A DNA stretch of 64,000 nucleotides from Escherichia coli (GTDB lineage Bacteria > Pseudomonadota > Gammaproteobacteria > Enterobacterales > Enterobacteriaceae): assembly GCF_011045215.1 (NCBI RefSeq), contig NZ_CP049202.1, one strand, 5' to 3'. The notes under the pieces were generated by a model, which was not told the origin of the DNA, ran no database searches, and saw only the letters and a list, made by a program, of their open reading frames with translations. Below, in pieces: positions 41,161 through 51,554 of this stretch (positions are counted from its first letter, which is position 1; every line of letters begins with the position of its first letter). A program made the translations under genes and the position numbers.

Positions 41161-41206
41161 GCAGGGGCCTCGTGGGTTAATGAAAAATTAACTACGGGGC
41201 TTTTGT
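41148..41206 (+). ncRNA. sok: Sok antisense RNA (approximate)
   Basis: Promoter TTGCGC-17 nt-TATCCT at 41116-41144. Antisense to the mok start. Hairpin then TTTT at 41201-41204. Confidence 0.5.
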
Positions 41207-41376
41207 CCTTCTGCCACACAACACGGCAACAAACCACCTTCACGTCATGAGGCAGAAAGCCTCAAGCGCCGGGCACATCATAGCCCATATCCCTGCACGC
41301 TGACCACACTCACTTTTCCTGAAAATAATCCGCTCATTCAGGCTGTTTACGGGTAATCTGTGTGATTGTTGCCGCA

Positions 41377-42096
41377 TCACGCTGCCTCCCGGAGTTTGTT
41401 CGGCACCATCCACCGCTCCATCTCACGGACAGCGTGACCGGCCTCTCTTGCTGCAAGACTGGCTTCCGCAATAACCTGCCAGAACGGCATATCCTGCCAC
41501 TGCCAGCGTTCCATTCCGGACAGTGACGGAAAACGCTCGCCCCACTGCCAGAACAGGGTTTCCAGGTCATGCTCTGCCACCCGGTCACTCCAGCGTGCAT
41601 GCCAGCTTCCGACTGTTTCCGGCGAATGGAATGCCAGTTCGATTTCAGCCTGAGCGACCAGCTCCTGGTACGCACGGGCTTTCTGCTCTGCCTCCCGTGC
41701 CTGCTGGCGGCTGTACTTCTGCATGACCAGCGCGGATTTATGGCGACTGCGCTCCCTGACACGAAACCGCACCGACGGAAACAACCGCTCTGCTGCATCA
41801 CCGGGAAGGGGAAGGAGGCAGACCTCGCCCTGTATTTCAATCAGCACATCGATGACATACAGCCACTGAAGACGGTTGCCGTGCAGTTCTTCTGCGGTCA
41901 GGGACGGCATGAAAAATCGCAGGTCAGACAGCGATATCCTGCGGCTTCCGTTCAGACAGCGGAAAAACGCCCCCGCATACGGATATTCCGCCAGCGTGTT
42001 ACCCTGATGGCGGCGTTTTTCTGTCTCCGCCACCGCCCGCCATGCGGCCTGTTGCTCTGTGCTGAGCGGAACCAGTGCCTGTGAACGTACGCTCAT
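41377..42096 (-). CDS. psiA: PsiA, 239 aa
   Basis: Size and position downstream of psiB; start overlaps the psiB stop. Confidence 0.85.
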   Translation of the reverse strand: MSVRSQALVPLSTEQQAAWRAVAETEKRRHQGNTLAEYPYAGAFFRCLNGSRRISLSDLRFFMPSLTAEELHGNRLQWLYVIDVLIEIQGEVCLLPLPGDAAERLFPSVRFRVRERSRHKSALVMQKYSRQQAREAEQKARAYQELVAQAEIELAFHSPETVGSWHARWSDRVAEHDLETLFWQWGERFPSLSGMERWQWQDMPFWQVIAEASLAAREAGHAVREMERWMVPNKLREAA

Positions 42097-42530
42097 ACCT
42101 GACCTCCTTCCGCCATCAGGATATGGATGATGTCGTTAACGCTGTACCCTTGCGTATCCAGTGACGCCGCCAGTGCCAGTGAATGGCTGACGGCTTCCGG
42201 TGCAAACCGCCGCTGTACCTGAACCACCGCAAACGGCTCACCACCGGCATTCACCAGAACCAGCACCCAGACCTGAGAGACATCGCCCGGTGAACATAAC
42301 GCCAGGTGAAAACGTTCGTGGGCAGGCGTGAAACGGACCTGGACGGGGAAAAAGCCGCCAAACTCGCTGCCGTACTCGCCGTTCATCGTCCAGTTATCCG
42401 GCGCATCCAGCTCCCGCATCACGGCGTGAGTCAGCTCACGGCGTTCATCACTTCCGGCAGCCCGGATATCTTCATATTCCTGTGCGTTCATGGTCTGTAA
42501 TACATTCAGGGTCAGTTCAGTTTTCATCAC
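42093..42530 (-). CDS. psiB: PsiB plasmid SOS-inhibition protein, 145 aa
   Basis: [46 protein letters not shown]... matches PsiB as recalled. Confidence 0.9.
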   Translation of the reverse strand: MMKTELTLNVLQTMNAQEYEDIRAAGSDERRELTHAVMRELDAPDNWTMNGEYGSEFGGFFPVQVRFTPAHERFHLALCSPGDVSQVWVLVLVNAGGEPFAVVQVQRRFAPEAVSHSLALAASLDTQGYSVNDIIHILMAEGGQV

Positions 42531-42581
42531 GGTATCTCCCTTGCTGCCGCCCCGTCTCCGGCGGGGCGGTGTGGTTGTTCA

Positions 42582-44540
42582 TCAGGCGGCATCAGCCAGG
42601 TTATCGGTGCGTTCAGTGGCATCCGTCTGTGGGCGTGGTGCACACATCCAGCCAGGCACCCAGCGGTTGTCTTTCATGTGGAACTCTGCATGTTCAGCCG
42701 CATCGCCTTTCTTCATCTTCTCCGCGTCCCGTGCAGCACCGGACAGTCCTGCCTCATTCAGGGCTGCGATAATCTGCGGCTTTTTCAGGTGTCCGAAGAA
42801 GTTTGCTTTTGTCGGCTGCCACCAGTCGCGCATGTGAAAGCCGATGGCGCTTTCCAGCGAATCCAGCGGACTGCGTGACGTGTGACCATACTCACGGGTC
42901 TGAACACCGTGGATGCTGCACGCAGTGCAGAAACTGAGCAGGGACAACAGCACCTCCTGACTGAGTGACAGGAACGTCGCCATGTCCCGTGACCATCCCT
43001 CCGGTAACAGGGCCGCAAGACGGGCTTTTTCTGCCATCATCGCCATGAACGCGGCACCTTCCTTCCCTGACGGCGCATCGCTGGTCAGCGAATAATGTTT
43101 ACATTCCAGGCTGATTTGTGCTGGTTTACTGTACGCTCCGCTGCCAAACACATTCAGGCAGAGCGTCCATGCCAGCAGTGCCAGAGATTTGTCCGGTTGC
43201 TGCATGAGTGCTGTCTGGACTGCCAGCGTGCGTTCGGAAGACATTTTCGTCAGCAGTGGCAGACTGATTTCCTCCACTGATGCTTTCTCCTGCACCTGTT
43301 CCGTGCGGTCAGCGTCATCAGTCGCGTCATCTTCACTGCGCAACTGCACACCACGCTGGACACATACGTTTCCATAACGCCAGGACACCACCACGCCACT
43401 TCCGGCACGCATCTCCGGCGTCCACGCCCTGACCTTCGCCATGCAGTCAATCAGCTTCATTTCTGCTTCCAGCAGGTCGGATTCCTCACACTGATTTTCC
43501 AGCGCGTCGTAACGTGCCATCAGTTCGTTCAGGCGTTCTTCTTCCGCCTCCGTCAGCACAGCTTCCGGCTCCGGCAGACTGCGGTATGTTCCGGCATCCT
43601 CACGGCAGAAACCGACAGGCTCCATACGTCCAGCACACCATTCCCAGCCTTCGGCTTCCCGAAGGTGTTCAGCAACAGCCTGGAGTTTTTCCAGCAGGGC
43701 GGCATCGAGCGCCACGCAGTCCACATAGCCACCCTCGTTGTCGCTGAACAAATCGGTGCGCAGTTCATCTGGCGAGAAGGCATCAGCCCCCACGAAGCGG
43801 AATTTACTGTTCCCCGCCACCACCACTTCACTTTCGGTCACCAGACGACGAATGGTCTGTACTTCCGGTTTTCCGCCCCATCCCGACTGACAGGCAGCTT
43901 CAAACACCTGTACCTGACGTGCGGTGTCGTTCTCCAGCGCCAGCGCCTGACAGTGCTCTGTGGTGATGCGGTCTTCTGCCAGCGCATCGAGGATGACAGG
44001 CGCAAGGTCAGCCAGTTTCAGCATTCGCTGAACGTGGCGGGGTGAATAGCCCAGCAAATCACCGATTTGTGCAGGTGTTTTGCCTTCCTGCGCCATTGCG
44101 CGGAATCCGGCAATCTGTTCGGCAGGGTGCATATCCCGACGATGACCGTTTTCAGTCATTGATGCGGCAGTCGCCAGTTCCTGCGGAATGACCTTCACAC
44201 GGACAGGCCAGTCAGCCGGAATGATGCCACGCTCTGCCAGCATGTTGAGTGCTGCCAGTCGGCGACCACCTGCGGCGACACCGTGGCGGTCACCTGGCAG
44301 GGCATGAACAACCAGATTCTGTAACAGGCCGACACCTTTAATGGAGTCCGCCAGTTCGCTGACGGACTCCGCAGAATACGGCACCGTGCGCACATTCAGC
44401 GGTGACTTAATCAGTGAGGACAGCGGCACGCTCACTTCCTCCGTCTGCGCCAGCAGGGCAGACAGGGCAGTCTCCTGCTCTTTTGACGGTTTACGGCTGG
44501 ATTTACGCTCCGTTTTTGTCTTAGACTCTGTAACTGACAT
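42582..44540 (-). CDS. ParB/Srx-domain (ParB-like nuclease) leading-region protein, 652 aa
   Basis: The N-terminal region LNVRTVPY...GLLQNLVV...GGRRLAAL plus an HTH segment is typical of the ParB N-terminal domain. The long C-terminal extension is unrecognised. Confidence 0.75.
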   Translation of the reverse strand: MSVTESKTKTERKSSRKPSKEQETALSALLAQTEEVSVPLSSLIKSPLNVRTVPYSAESVSELADSIKGVGLLQNLVVHALPGDRHGVAAGGRRLAALNMLAERGIIPADWPVRVKVIPQELATAASMTENGHRRDMHPAEQIAGFRAMAQEGKTPAQIGDLLGYSPRHVQRMLKLADLAPVILDALAEDRITTEHCQALALENDTARQVQVFEAACQSGWGGKPEVQTIRRLVTESEVVVAGNSKFRFVGADAFSPDELRTDLFSDNEGGYVDCVALDAALLEKLQAVAEHLREAEGWEWCAGRMEPVGFCREDAGTYRSLPEPEAVLTEAEEERLNELMARYDALENQCEESDLLEAEMKLIDCMAKVRAWTPEMRAGSGVVVSWRYGNVCVQRGVQLRSEDDATDDADRTEQVQEKASVEEISLPLLTKMSSERTLAVQTALMQQPDKSLALLAWTLCLNVFGSGAYSKPAQISLECKHYSLTSDAPSGKEGAAFMAMMAEKARLAALLPEGWSRDMATFLSLSQEVLLSLLSFCTACSIHGVQTREYGHTSRSPLDSLESAIGFHMRDWWQPTKANFFGHLKKPQIIAALNEAGLSGAARDAEKMKKGDAAEHAEFHMKDNRWVPGWMCAPRPQTDATERTDNLADAA

Positions 44541-44603
44541 ATATTTCTCCTTTGACCGGGATGGTTGTATGTCTGCCGGACGCGTTCCCGTCCGGCACCT
44601 CTC

Positions 44604-45439
<836 letters not shown>

Positions 45440-45461
45440 GATGTGTCTCCTTCTGTTGATG

Positions 45462-46018
45462 TTTTCAGCCCCCATCATCTTTTGAGTTTCAGGAGCCGCG
45501 GTTTGACGTTTTGCGGGGACCTGCCTTTTGTTCCCTCCGGTATTCACCATCACCTTTTTGAGAACCTTCGCCGCAAGGGGCATCACTGCCACGGCCGGAA
45601 ACGACTGTCCGGGGGCAGACCGCAAAAGTTTTTGCCTGCTTCTGGGCAAAAACTTTTGCGGGATGTGCATTTCACCCCTGGACTGGCGGAGACGGTTGTG
45701 GCTGTATCAGCCCCCGGCGACAGGGGATTAAACAGGTGAATGGCACCGGACAGAACAACGGGCAGGGCCCCGCCGCAACGACGGAGAGCGCGTGCGCGAA
45801 ACGGCGTTGCCCCTTACATCCCGGCGGCCTTTTGTCGGGATGCCGGGAGCGCAGGCCACGGCGCGACAGAGGCGGCGCGACCGGAACGGTCGCTGCAAGC
45901 CAGGGTTTCGCGTCAGGGATAGAAGCCCGCCAGGGCGGAGACAGCTCCGCTGGCTCCGTTCACGACAGCCCGCCCCGCCCCGCCAGGGGGACGCCCGGAA
46001 AAGCCATAAACAGGAGAG
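45462..46018. repeat. Direct repeat copy B (~557 bp) immediately upstream of ssb
   Basis: Near-identical to 40067-40620. Confidence 0.9.
45515..45770 (-). promoter_or_regulatory. Frpo/ssi-like long hairpin, copy B (candidate ssDNA promoter for ssb-psiB-psiA)
   Basis: Apical perfect stem 45621-45636/45645-45660. The arms are as in copy A. Confidence 0.6.
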
Positions 46019-46022
46019 GAAC

Positions 46023-46075
46023 GGAAAGAAGAGGAAGAGGAAAAAGAAAAAGAAGAAGAAGAAGAAGAAGAAGAA
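46023..46075. repeat. 53-nt all-purine tract containing (AGA)8 microsatellite
   Basis: ggaaagaagaggaagaggaaaaagaaaaagaagaagaagaagaagaagaagaa. Confidence 0.9.
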
Positions 46076-46252
46076 CAATAACAAGCACGGTAACCACAGA
46101 AAAATAACATCAGAAAAAAACATTCCGGACACATCACAAACAGGAAGGGTAACGGGCGACGCGTCAGCGTGGCCCGCTTCCCTTCCGGCAGGCGTCAGCC
46201 TGCCAGGGGTTTTCGCGCGGGCTGACAGGCGGCCTCCACCGCCTGCCCTGTA

Positions 46253-46444
46253 TCACCTGTTTCTGCTGCCCTGAAGGATGTACTGACCGCCGAGGAATAC
46301 AGCCTGCTGATTCGCCACAAAATCGCAGATTTCATCAACAATCTGCGCCGTGGTGAGCGGTTTCTGCCCCATTTCACGACGTCGTGCATTAATCACAGCT
46401 TTGTAATTACGCAGAATTTCGCGGGTTTCCGTGCTGATATTCAT
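46253..46444 (-). CDS. Hypothetical small protein, 63 aa
   Basis: ATG overlaps the stop of the upstream 139-aa ORF. Confidence 0.5.
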   Translation of the reverse strand: MNISTETREILRNYKAVINARRREMGQKPLTTAQIVDEICDFVANQQAVFLGGQYILQGSRNR

Positions 46445-46863
46445 TACCCGTTCTCCCCGTCCAGCGCCTGACGCATCACCCGCATAATCTCACGTTCTTC
46501 CCTGACAAATGCGTCACCGTCGCCCCCGTTCTCGCTCCCGACAGCATGGAGGCGATAAATTTCACTACCAGCCATCACCATCACTTTTTCCAGCAGCACC
46601 GCAGGGACTGTTACAAGACGGTTTACGCGCTTTTCCTCCATCAGTTCATTGACAATATCGGAAACAACTCTGTCACATGCGCCATATACAAAAGCATCGT
46701 CCAGCCGCTGCATGACGGTTTCCAGCTCATCGTCTGTCAGACTCCAGTCCTGGGCTATGTGACGCACATCCCCACGGGTCAGCACCACGGCAAAAACGCA
46801 TTCACTGTCCGGCACGTCTGTATCCAGTACATCGCGAATGATTTCTTTAACAGTACAGTACAT
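46444..46863 (-). CDS. DUF1380-like leading-region protein, 139 aa
   Basis: Paralogous to 48567..49001 (shared MY.T, SLTD.E..TV, R.VTVPA.LL). SD GGAGACGAGAAC. Confidence 0.6.
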   Translation of the reverse strand: MYCTVKEIIRDVLDTDVPDSECVFAVVLTRGDVRHIAQDWSLTDDELETVMQRLDDAFVYGACDRVVSDIVNELMEEKRVNRLVTVPAVLLEKVMVMAGSEIYRLHAVGSENGGDGDAFVREEREIMRVMRQALDGENG

Positions 46864-46909
46864 GTTCTCGTCTCCTTTACAGGGGCGGCATTGCCGCCCC
46901 GTCCGTTAA

Positions 46910-47335
46910 TCAGTCCAGTGCCGCGTAAATCGCGTTGCATTCAGGGTGAAATTCGATGTGACGCCACAACTGCGCATCACGCATCCGGTAAAGCTGAGTC
47001 AGCCCCGCATCACCGCTGTCGTGGTACAGCCACAACTGACGGTTAATCACAAGGGAAGTCAGAATGACACCTGCGGCATCAGCACTCACAGTACGGTCAA
47101 ACCAGTTTGCACCGTTCACCATGTGGAAACGGTCGCCATCCGGCATCATGTAACCGCCACCGTCCGGCAGGCGGATGAAGTGCCAGAATCCGCCTTCATA
47201 TTCCGGCATCATTTTTTTCGCCAGCGCGTATACAGACGCTTCGGCATACAGAAAATCCTGGCCAAACAGGTAAGGCAGAAAAGACAGACGGTCGCACTCT
47301 TCAACGTTCAGAGTGACAGATTTCGCATATTGCAT
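46910..47335 (-). CDS. klcA: KlcA/ArdB-family antirestriction protein, 141 aa
   Basis: Size, leading-region location and overall sequence ([32 protein letters not shown]...) fit KlcA/ArdB as recalled. Confidence 0.75.
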   Translation of the reverse strand: MQYAKSVTLNVEECDRLSFLPYLFGQDFLYAEASVYALAKKMMPEYEGGFWHFIRLPDGGGYMMPDGDRFHMVNGANWFDRTVSADAAGVILTSLVINRQLWLYHDSGDAGLTQLYRMRDAQLWRHIEFHPECNAIYAALD

Positions 47336-47374
47336 GATGTTTTCCTCCGTTGTTCACATATTCCGCGACACCGG

Positions 47375-47606
47375 GCGGTGCCGTGCCTCCATAAAAGCCG
47401 GGCGATAAGGCGGGGATGCAGGGGCGCAAGGGAAGCCGCAGCCTGACGCACACGGCTGACGGGAGTTGGAGGGTGAGACCGCGAAATCTGAGCGGGTGAA
47501 CGACCGGAAAATCACGGCAGACGGGAAGAAAGGACCGGGTGACCGCAGCGGCAAAGCGTACCCTTGCATCCCTGCCAGCCCGGCTAAGATGGAGGCACGG
47601 CACAGC
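47375..47606 (-). promoter_or_regulatory. Long imperfect hairpin in the T-strand upstream of klcA (candidate ssDNA promoter/ssi)
   Basis: Arm 47375-47403 (gcggtgccgtgcctccataaaagccgggc) pairs with 47578-47606 (gcccggctaagatggaggcacggcacagc). The inner arms ggggatgcaggggcgcaaggg / cccttgcatccctgcc also pair. Confidence 0.55.
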
Positions 47607-47751
47607 CCGCACACGACGCTGAGGCCACATAACTGAAAAACCACAAGGCCATGCCCTGCATGGCCGGGTAAAGCGGAGCCGGCGGCGACTTCCTTTGTGC
47701 TCTGTCCGGGGACCGGCAGGAAAAAGGCGGGGATTTACCCCGCCAACGTCA

Positions 47752-48522
47752 TCATTTCCGGATTTTTGCCAGGGCATCCGCCATGCTGCGGATTTCGGCC
47801 CGGGCTTCCCGGACCACCTCCCGCAGAACACCACGGTCAAACCAGCGGCGGGGCGGTTCATCCGGTATACGCAGCACATCGCAGGCCAGCCCACTGGACA
47901 GGATATGCTCAATACAATCGCTGACCAGGTACATTTCCACCGACGAAAAACGTGCTCCCCGGTTCACGATGGCATCGAGCACCACGGGCAGGTTTTCGTC
48001 ATCTTCATCGAGCCAGCAGGGGTGATCGCTTTCCTTCACAACCAGACGAAAGCGGCGCGTCTGGCGGGTCAGCAACGTCTGACCGGTGGTGGTCAGCGCC
48101 GCCCGGATACGCCGCGCATCGTCTGCCACCTGGTAACAGATGCTTCGTATTGCATCGCGCACCGCCGCAAGTACAGCCCTGATTTCGTCTTCTGCCAGCC
48201 ACTCACCGGCATACGGGAAAGACACCTGCGTTCCGTCTGCCGGAAGTACCGGCAGCGACTGCCACTGACTGCCGGACAGAACAAGTTCCGCCCCGGTTCC
48301 GGTCAGTTTCTGAATGGCAGAGGCCAGGTGCGGCGGCAGTACGCCGCCGTGACGGTTGATAAGTAACGTCGCCAGCCGGGGCGTATCCAGCCGCACGTAA
48401 ATGCTGATCCAGCCCGGATGGTTCGGATTTCGCTGGTCAACATCCGTCTCTTCCGGCCAGCCCTGCGCCAGCAGCAGGTTACGGGCGTGGCGACAAATCA
48501 GTGCATTCAGCGTTTCGTTCAT
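47752..48522 (-). CDS. Hypothetical leading-region protein, 256 aa
   Basis: Good SD (GGGAGACC). No recognised motif. Confidence 0.6.
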   Translation of the reverse strand: MNETLNALICRHARNLLLAQGWPEETDVDQRNPNHPGWISIYVRLDTPRLATLLINRHGGVLPPHLASAIQKLTGTGAELVLSGSQWQSLPVLPADGTQVSFPYAGEWLAEDEIRAVLAAVRDAIRSICYQVADDARRIRAALTTTGQTLLTRQTRRFRLVVKESDHPCWLDEDDENLPVVLDAIVNRGARFSSVEMYLVSDCIEHILSSGLACDVLRIPDEPPRRWFDRGVLREVVREARAEIRSMADALAKIRK

Positions 48523-48566
48523 GATTCATGGTCTCCCTGAATCGCCGCCCGCAGGCGGCGATAACA

Positions 48567-49001
48567 TCAGTCGTTTTCGCGTGTGTTGTTTTTCAGCAGG
48601 GCGCGGGCCTGATTAACCACCGCCAGTCGGCGGGTGACGCATTCCGGGACGACGAGGCCGTTATCACGGGCGGCCCACTCACGTTTCCACAGTGCCTGTT
48701 CAGCGGTCTGAATCAGGGACGCCAGCAGTTCAGCAGGGACGGTCACCTGGCGGTTTTCGCTCACGTTGCTGATAATCTCCATCACCGCGGCGGAAGAAAT
48801 ACCGGATTCAGTCCTCTGGTCTTCCGGGATGTCCTCCATGCGCGCCAGGACGGTCCTGATTTCATGATCGGTCAGAGAAATTTCCATACCGTCAGCCAGT
48901 GCCTGAATCTCTTCCGGAGACCAGATAACCAGCATCAGCGGCGTGTCTCCCGGATACTTTGCTGCCAGCTCCCGGCAGAGCGTTTCGCATGTTCCGTACA
49001 T
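48567..49001 (-). CDS. DUF1380-like leading-region protein, 144 aa
   Basis: Start MYGTCETL with SD AAGGAGACGAGA. Paralog of 46444..46863. Confidence 0.6.
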   Translation of the reverse strand: MYGTCETLCRELAAKYPGDTPLMLVIWSPEEIQALADGMEISLTDHEIRTVLARMEDIPEDQRTESGISSAAVMEIISNVSENRQVTVPAELLASLIQTAEQALWKREWAARDNGLVVPECVTRRLAVVNQARALLKNNTREND

Positions 49002-49014
49002 TCTCGTCTCCTTC

Positions 49015-49236
49015 TCAATCTTTAAAGCACGCATCCAGTTCCAGAATTTCGGTATATGCCTCCATCAGGAGGCGGTTTGCGCGAAACAACGTCTGACGCA
49101 CCAGACGTTCCGGCAGGGTGTCAGCATTAAAGCTGTACCGCCGCTCCATCTCATTCATGGTTGTACGCAGGTCGCACATGGCATTGGCCACCTCCGCCAC
49201 TTCGGCGCGAAGTTTTTCGTGTCCGGCATAGTTCAT
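49015..49236 (-). CDS. Hypothetical small helical protein, 73 aa
   Basis: ORF directly abutting the methyltransferase stop. Confidence 0.5.
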   Translation of the reverse strand: MNYAGHEKLRAEVAEVANAMCDLRTTMNEMERRYSFNADTLPERLVRQTLFRANRLLMEAYTEILELDACFKD

Positions 49237-49920
49237 TTACGCAGCCTCCGGCATAAACCAGTCATCATTCGCGGCCCCCTGCTGCATGGCCCGTTGCACG
49301 GCGGCAAGGCGTTGCTGCCCGGCACGGTGATACTGCTCAAGCAGCTCGATACCGATATACCGGCGTCCGGACTGGAGGGCGGCGACGCAGGTTGAGCCGC
49401 TGCCTGCAAACGGGTCCAGCACAATTGCGTTCGGGTGTGTGAAGCTCTCAATCAGCGGTTGCAGGCTGGTAACGGGCTTTTCCGTCGGGTGATGGCGATT
49501 GCCCGAATATTTCCAGCCCAGCACGTCCGGCGGCGGGTTTTGTGGCAGACGTGGACGGCCTTTTGCCAGGATGTAGGCGCATTCGTGGCGATAGCCCACA
49601 TATGCGGCCTTCGATGTGTAGTTTTTGGTGAAGACCAGGTGACCAACAACGCTGAATCCCGCATTTTTCCAGGCGGCAATAAAGCGATCGACGCGGTTCC
49701 AGCCATAGAAGCTCACCATTAACGCGTCTTTTTTCAGCACGCGGTACATCTCATTACAGGCCGGTTGCAGCCATTCATCGGTTTTATCTCCGGCGATGGT
49801 GCGCCCGGAACGGTCACGAAAACCGACGAGATATGGCGGGTCAGTTAATATGAAATCAATGGCGTTATCAGGGATACGCGTCATAACATCGATGCAGTTA
49901 CCAAGAACAAAACGGGACAT
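49237..49920 (-). CDS. Orphan DNA methyltransferase (DPPY N6-A/N4-C class), 227 aa
   Basis: Motif IV LTDPPYL near the N-terminus and motif I VLDPFAGSGST near the C-terminus. No adjacent endonuclease gene. Confidence 0.85.
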   Translation of the reverse strand: MSRFVLGNCIDVMTRIPDNAIDFILTDPPYLVGFRDRSGRTIAGDKTDEWLQPACNEMYRVLKKDALMVSFYGWNRVDRFIAAWKNAGFSVVGHLVFTKNYTSKAAYVGYRHECAYILAKGRPRLPQNPPPDVLGWKYSGNRHHPTEKPVTSLQPLIESFTHPNAIVLDPFAGSGSTCVAALQSGRRYIGIELLEQYHRAGQQRLAAVQRAMQQGAANDDWFMPEAA

Positions 49921-49980
49921 AATAACGCTCCTTCTCTTACAGAGGGCACCGGGAGGGCACCCCTGTGGTGCCCGTTCCCC

Positions 49981-50202
49981 GCTGCCTGTGGGCTGTTCAC
50001 CGCGTCCGGTAACGGGTCAGGCCGACCGTGGAATATCGCAGCCGTCGTCTTTTTGACGGCGAGAATATGCCGCGAAAGCGGCTTGAAGGGCGTTCATCAG
50101 AAAAGGGCGACAGGCTGGCGTACACTGTCACCGGTACCAGCCGGGAGCAGTAAAAGCGCCCGTCCCGTGCCCGCCGGACGCGGGACACTGACCACAGGCA
50201 GC
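49981..50202 (-). promoter_or_regulatory. Long imperfect hairpin in the T-strand upstream of the methyltransferase gene (candidate ssDNA promoter/ssi)
   Basis: gctgcctgtgggctgttcaccgcgtccgg (49981-50009) is complementary to ccggacgcgggacactgaccacaggcagc (50174-50202). Confidence 0.5.
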
Positions 50203-50271
50203 GTTCCTGCCGCGCCGCGTCAGCCGGCGCAGTAAAAAGAGGAGCACGGCGACATCCTTTGTCGGAAAAGA

Positions 50272-50293
50272 AACGGGCGGTTGCCCGCCCGTC
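50272..50293 (-). terminator. Rho-independent terminator after the DUF1281-like gene
   Basis: In minus sense: gacgggcgg-gcaa-ccgcccgt followed by TTCTTTTCC. Confidence 0.6.
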
Positions 50294-50304
50294 TCCGTCA
50301 TACT

Positions 50305-51231
50305 TCATCCGCCATAATGCGCCACATTGTCGACTATCCACGCAGGTCCGGTGACTTCCGGCAGCTCATCGTCATCTGTCGGGGAAGAGCATTCCAGTTC
50401 CCCCCACAGCACATCAACGAGCTCTCCGCGCTCATACAACTGCCAGCCACAGAAATTGCAGCCCTGTTCGGCGTACCAGTGCTCCAGCGTGCAGCCGAAA
50501 CGGCGGCTTAATTCTGCAACAACGTTGCTTTCCGGCTGACACCACGGCGTGTCGAAATCCACCTGAATGAAGTTGTCTCCCTGACGGCTGATATTCACCT
50601 CATACCTCACAGGCCACTTCACGCCATACTGTTCCGTATACCAGTGATACGCAGAAGGAACACCGTTCAGAACACCACCGTTAAAGCCATTCACTTCAAC
50701 ATCCAGGCGGGTGGGCAGAACCGTCAGCAGGTCAAACGGCATGGTTTTTTCCGGCAGTACATTGTCACACAGACGGTTCCACCACACCGATACATCCTCG
50801 TTACTCCAGAAGCCACACCAGTCACCTCTTTTGGCGGTGAAATGCACGGTGATGGTTTCTCTGACCTCATCCGGTAATCCTTCCCAGCGACGCTGGCCAG
50901 TACCACTCTGCAGCCAGAGTTCATGCAGCATCAGGCAGTTTTGCTCATCCAGCAGTACACCGTCCTGCAGGTATGTCAGCCAGCGGGTGAACGCGATATT
51001 CTCCGGCGATACAACACCACGTCCGGCAGCCGTCAGTCCGGGGCACGGTTCAAACTGCACATCTTCAGTGGTCTGCAGAAGTCCGGCACTTCCGGCCAGA
51101 AATAGCTGAATACCTTCATTTGTGGCGCGGCGATAAAGCGGTATGACTGCACCGCTGGCCAGTCGTTTAATCTCAGCGATCTGTGCCGGTTCACCAGAAA
51201 AATACATACGATTCGAGCACCAGTTTAGCAT
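50305..51231 (-). CDS. DUF1281-like leading-region protein, 308 aa
   Basis: Start MLNWCSNRMYFSGEP with SD GGAGAATTCCC. The family assignment is from memory of similar YubB/YfjI-type proteins. Confidence 0.55.
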   Translation of the reverse strand: MLNWCSNRMYFSGEPAQIAEIKRLASGAVIPLYRRATNEGIQLFLAGSAGLLQTTEDVQFEPCPGLTAAGRGVVSPENIAFTRWLTYLQDGVLLDEQNCLMLHELWLQSGTGQRRWEGLPDEVRETITVHFTAKRGDWCGFWSNEDVSVWWNRLCDNVLPEKTMPFDLLTVLPTRLDVEVNGFNGGVLNGVPSAYHWYTEQYGVKWPVRYEVNISRQGDNFIQVDFDTPWCQPESNVVAELSRRFGCTLEHWYAEQGCNFCGWQLYERGELVDVLWGELECSSPTDDDELPEVTGPAWIVDNVAHYGG

Positions 51232-51263
51232 GGGAATTCTCCTCTCACATGCGGCCTCCATCA

Positions 51264-51424
51264 GGCCGTGCCGCACCTGTAACCGGGCGACCGCATACGA
51301 ATGCAGGTGCGGCCCCGAAGCCGCAGCGCGTGGAGGAGGAACGACGAAACGTGACCGGGTGAGGAGGCCTGCGACAGCGACACACTTGCATCGGATGCAG
51401 CCCGGTTAACGTGCCGGCACGGCC
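51264..51424 (-). promoter_or_regulatory. Long imperfect hairpin in the T-strand upstream of the DUF1281-like gene (candidate ssDNA promoter/ssi)
   Basis: ggccgtgccgcacctgtaaccgggc (51264-51288) pairs with gcccggttaacgtgccggcacggcc (51400-51424). The inner pair is gcatacgaatgcaggtgcg / cacacttgcatcggatgc. Confidence 0.55.
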
Positions 51425-51554
51425 TGGGTAACCAGGTATTTTGTCCACAGAACCGTGCACAAAATGCTGTGGATAAGCTGGACACAACAGTCCACAGCAG
51501 GCATACAGCCACACTCTCAGAGAATTGAGCGTTTTTTAGTCACAATAATGACAT

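Noticed and set aside
41334-41840. 168-aa ORF overlapping psiA in another frame
   Set aside because: It is fully nested in psiA, Arg/Ser-rich, and has no independent initiation signal.
47301-47912. 203-aa and 96-aa minus-strand ORFs spanning the klcA upstream region
   Set aside because: They run through the 47375-47606 hairpin and into the 3' end of the neighbouring gene. Their composition is Arg/Pro/Cys-rich. They are better explained as non-coding structured DNA.
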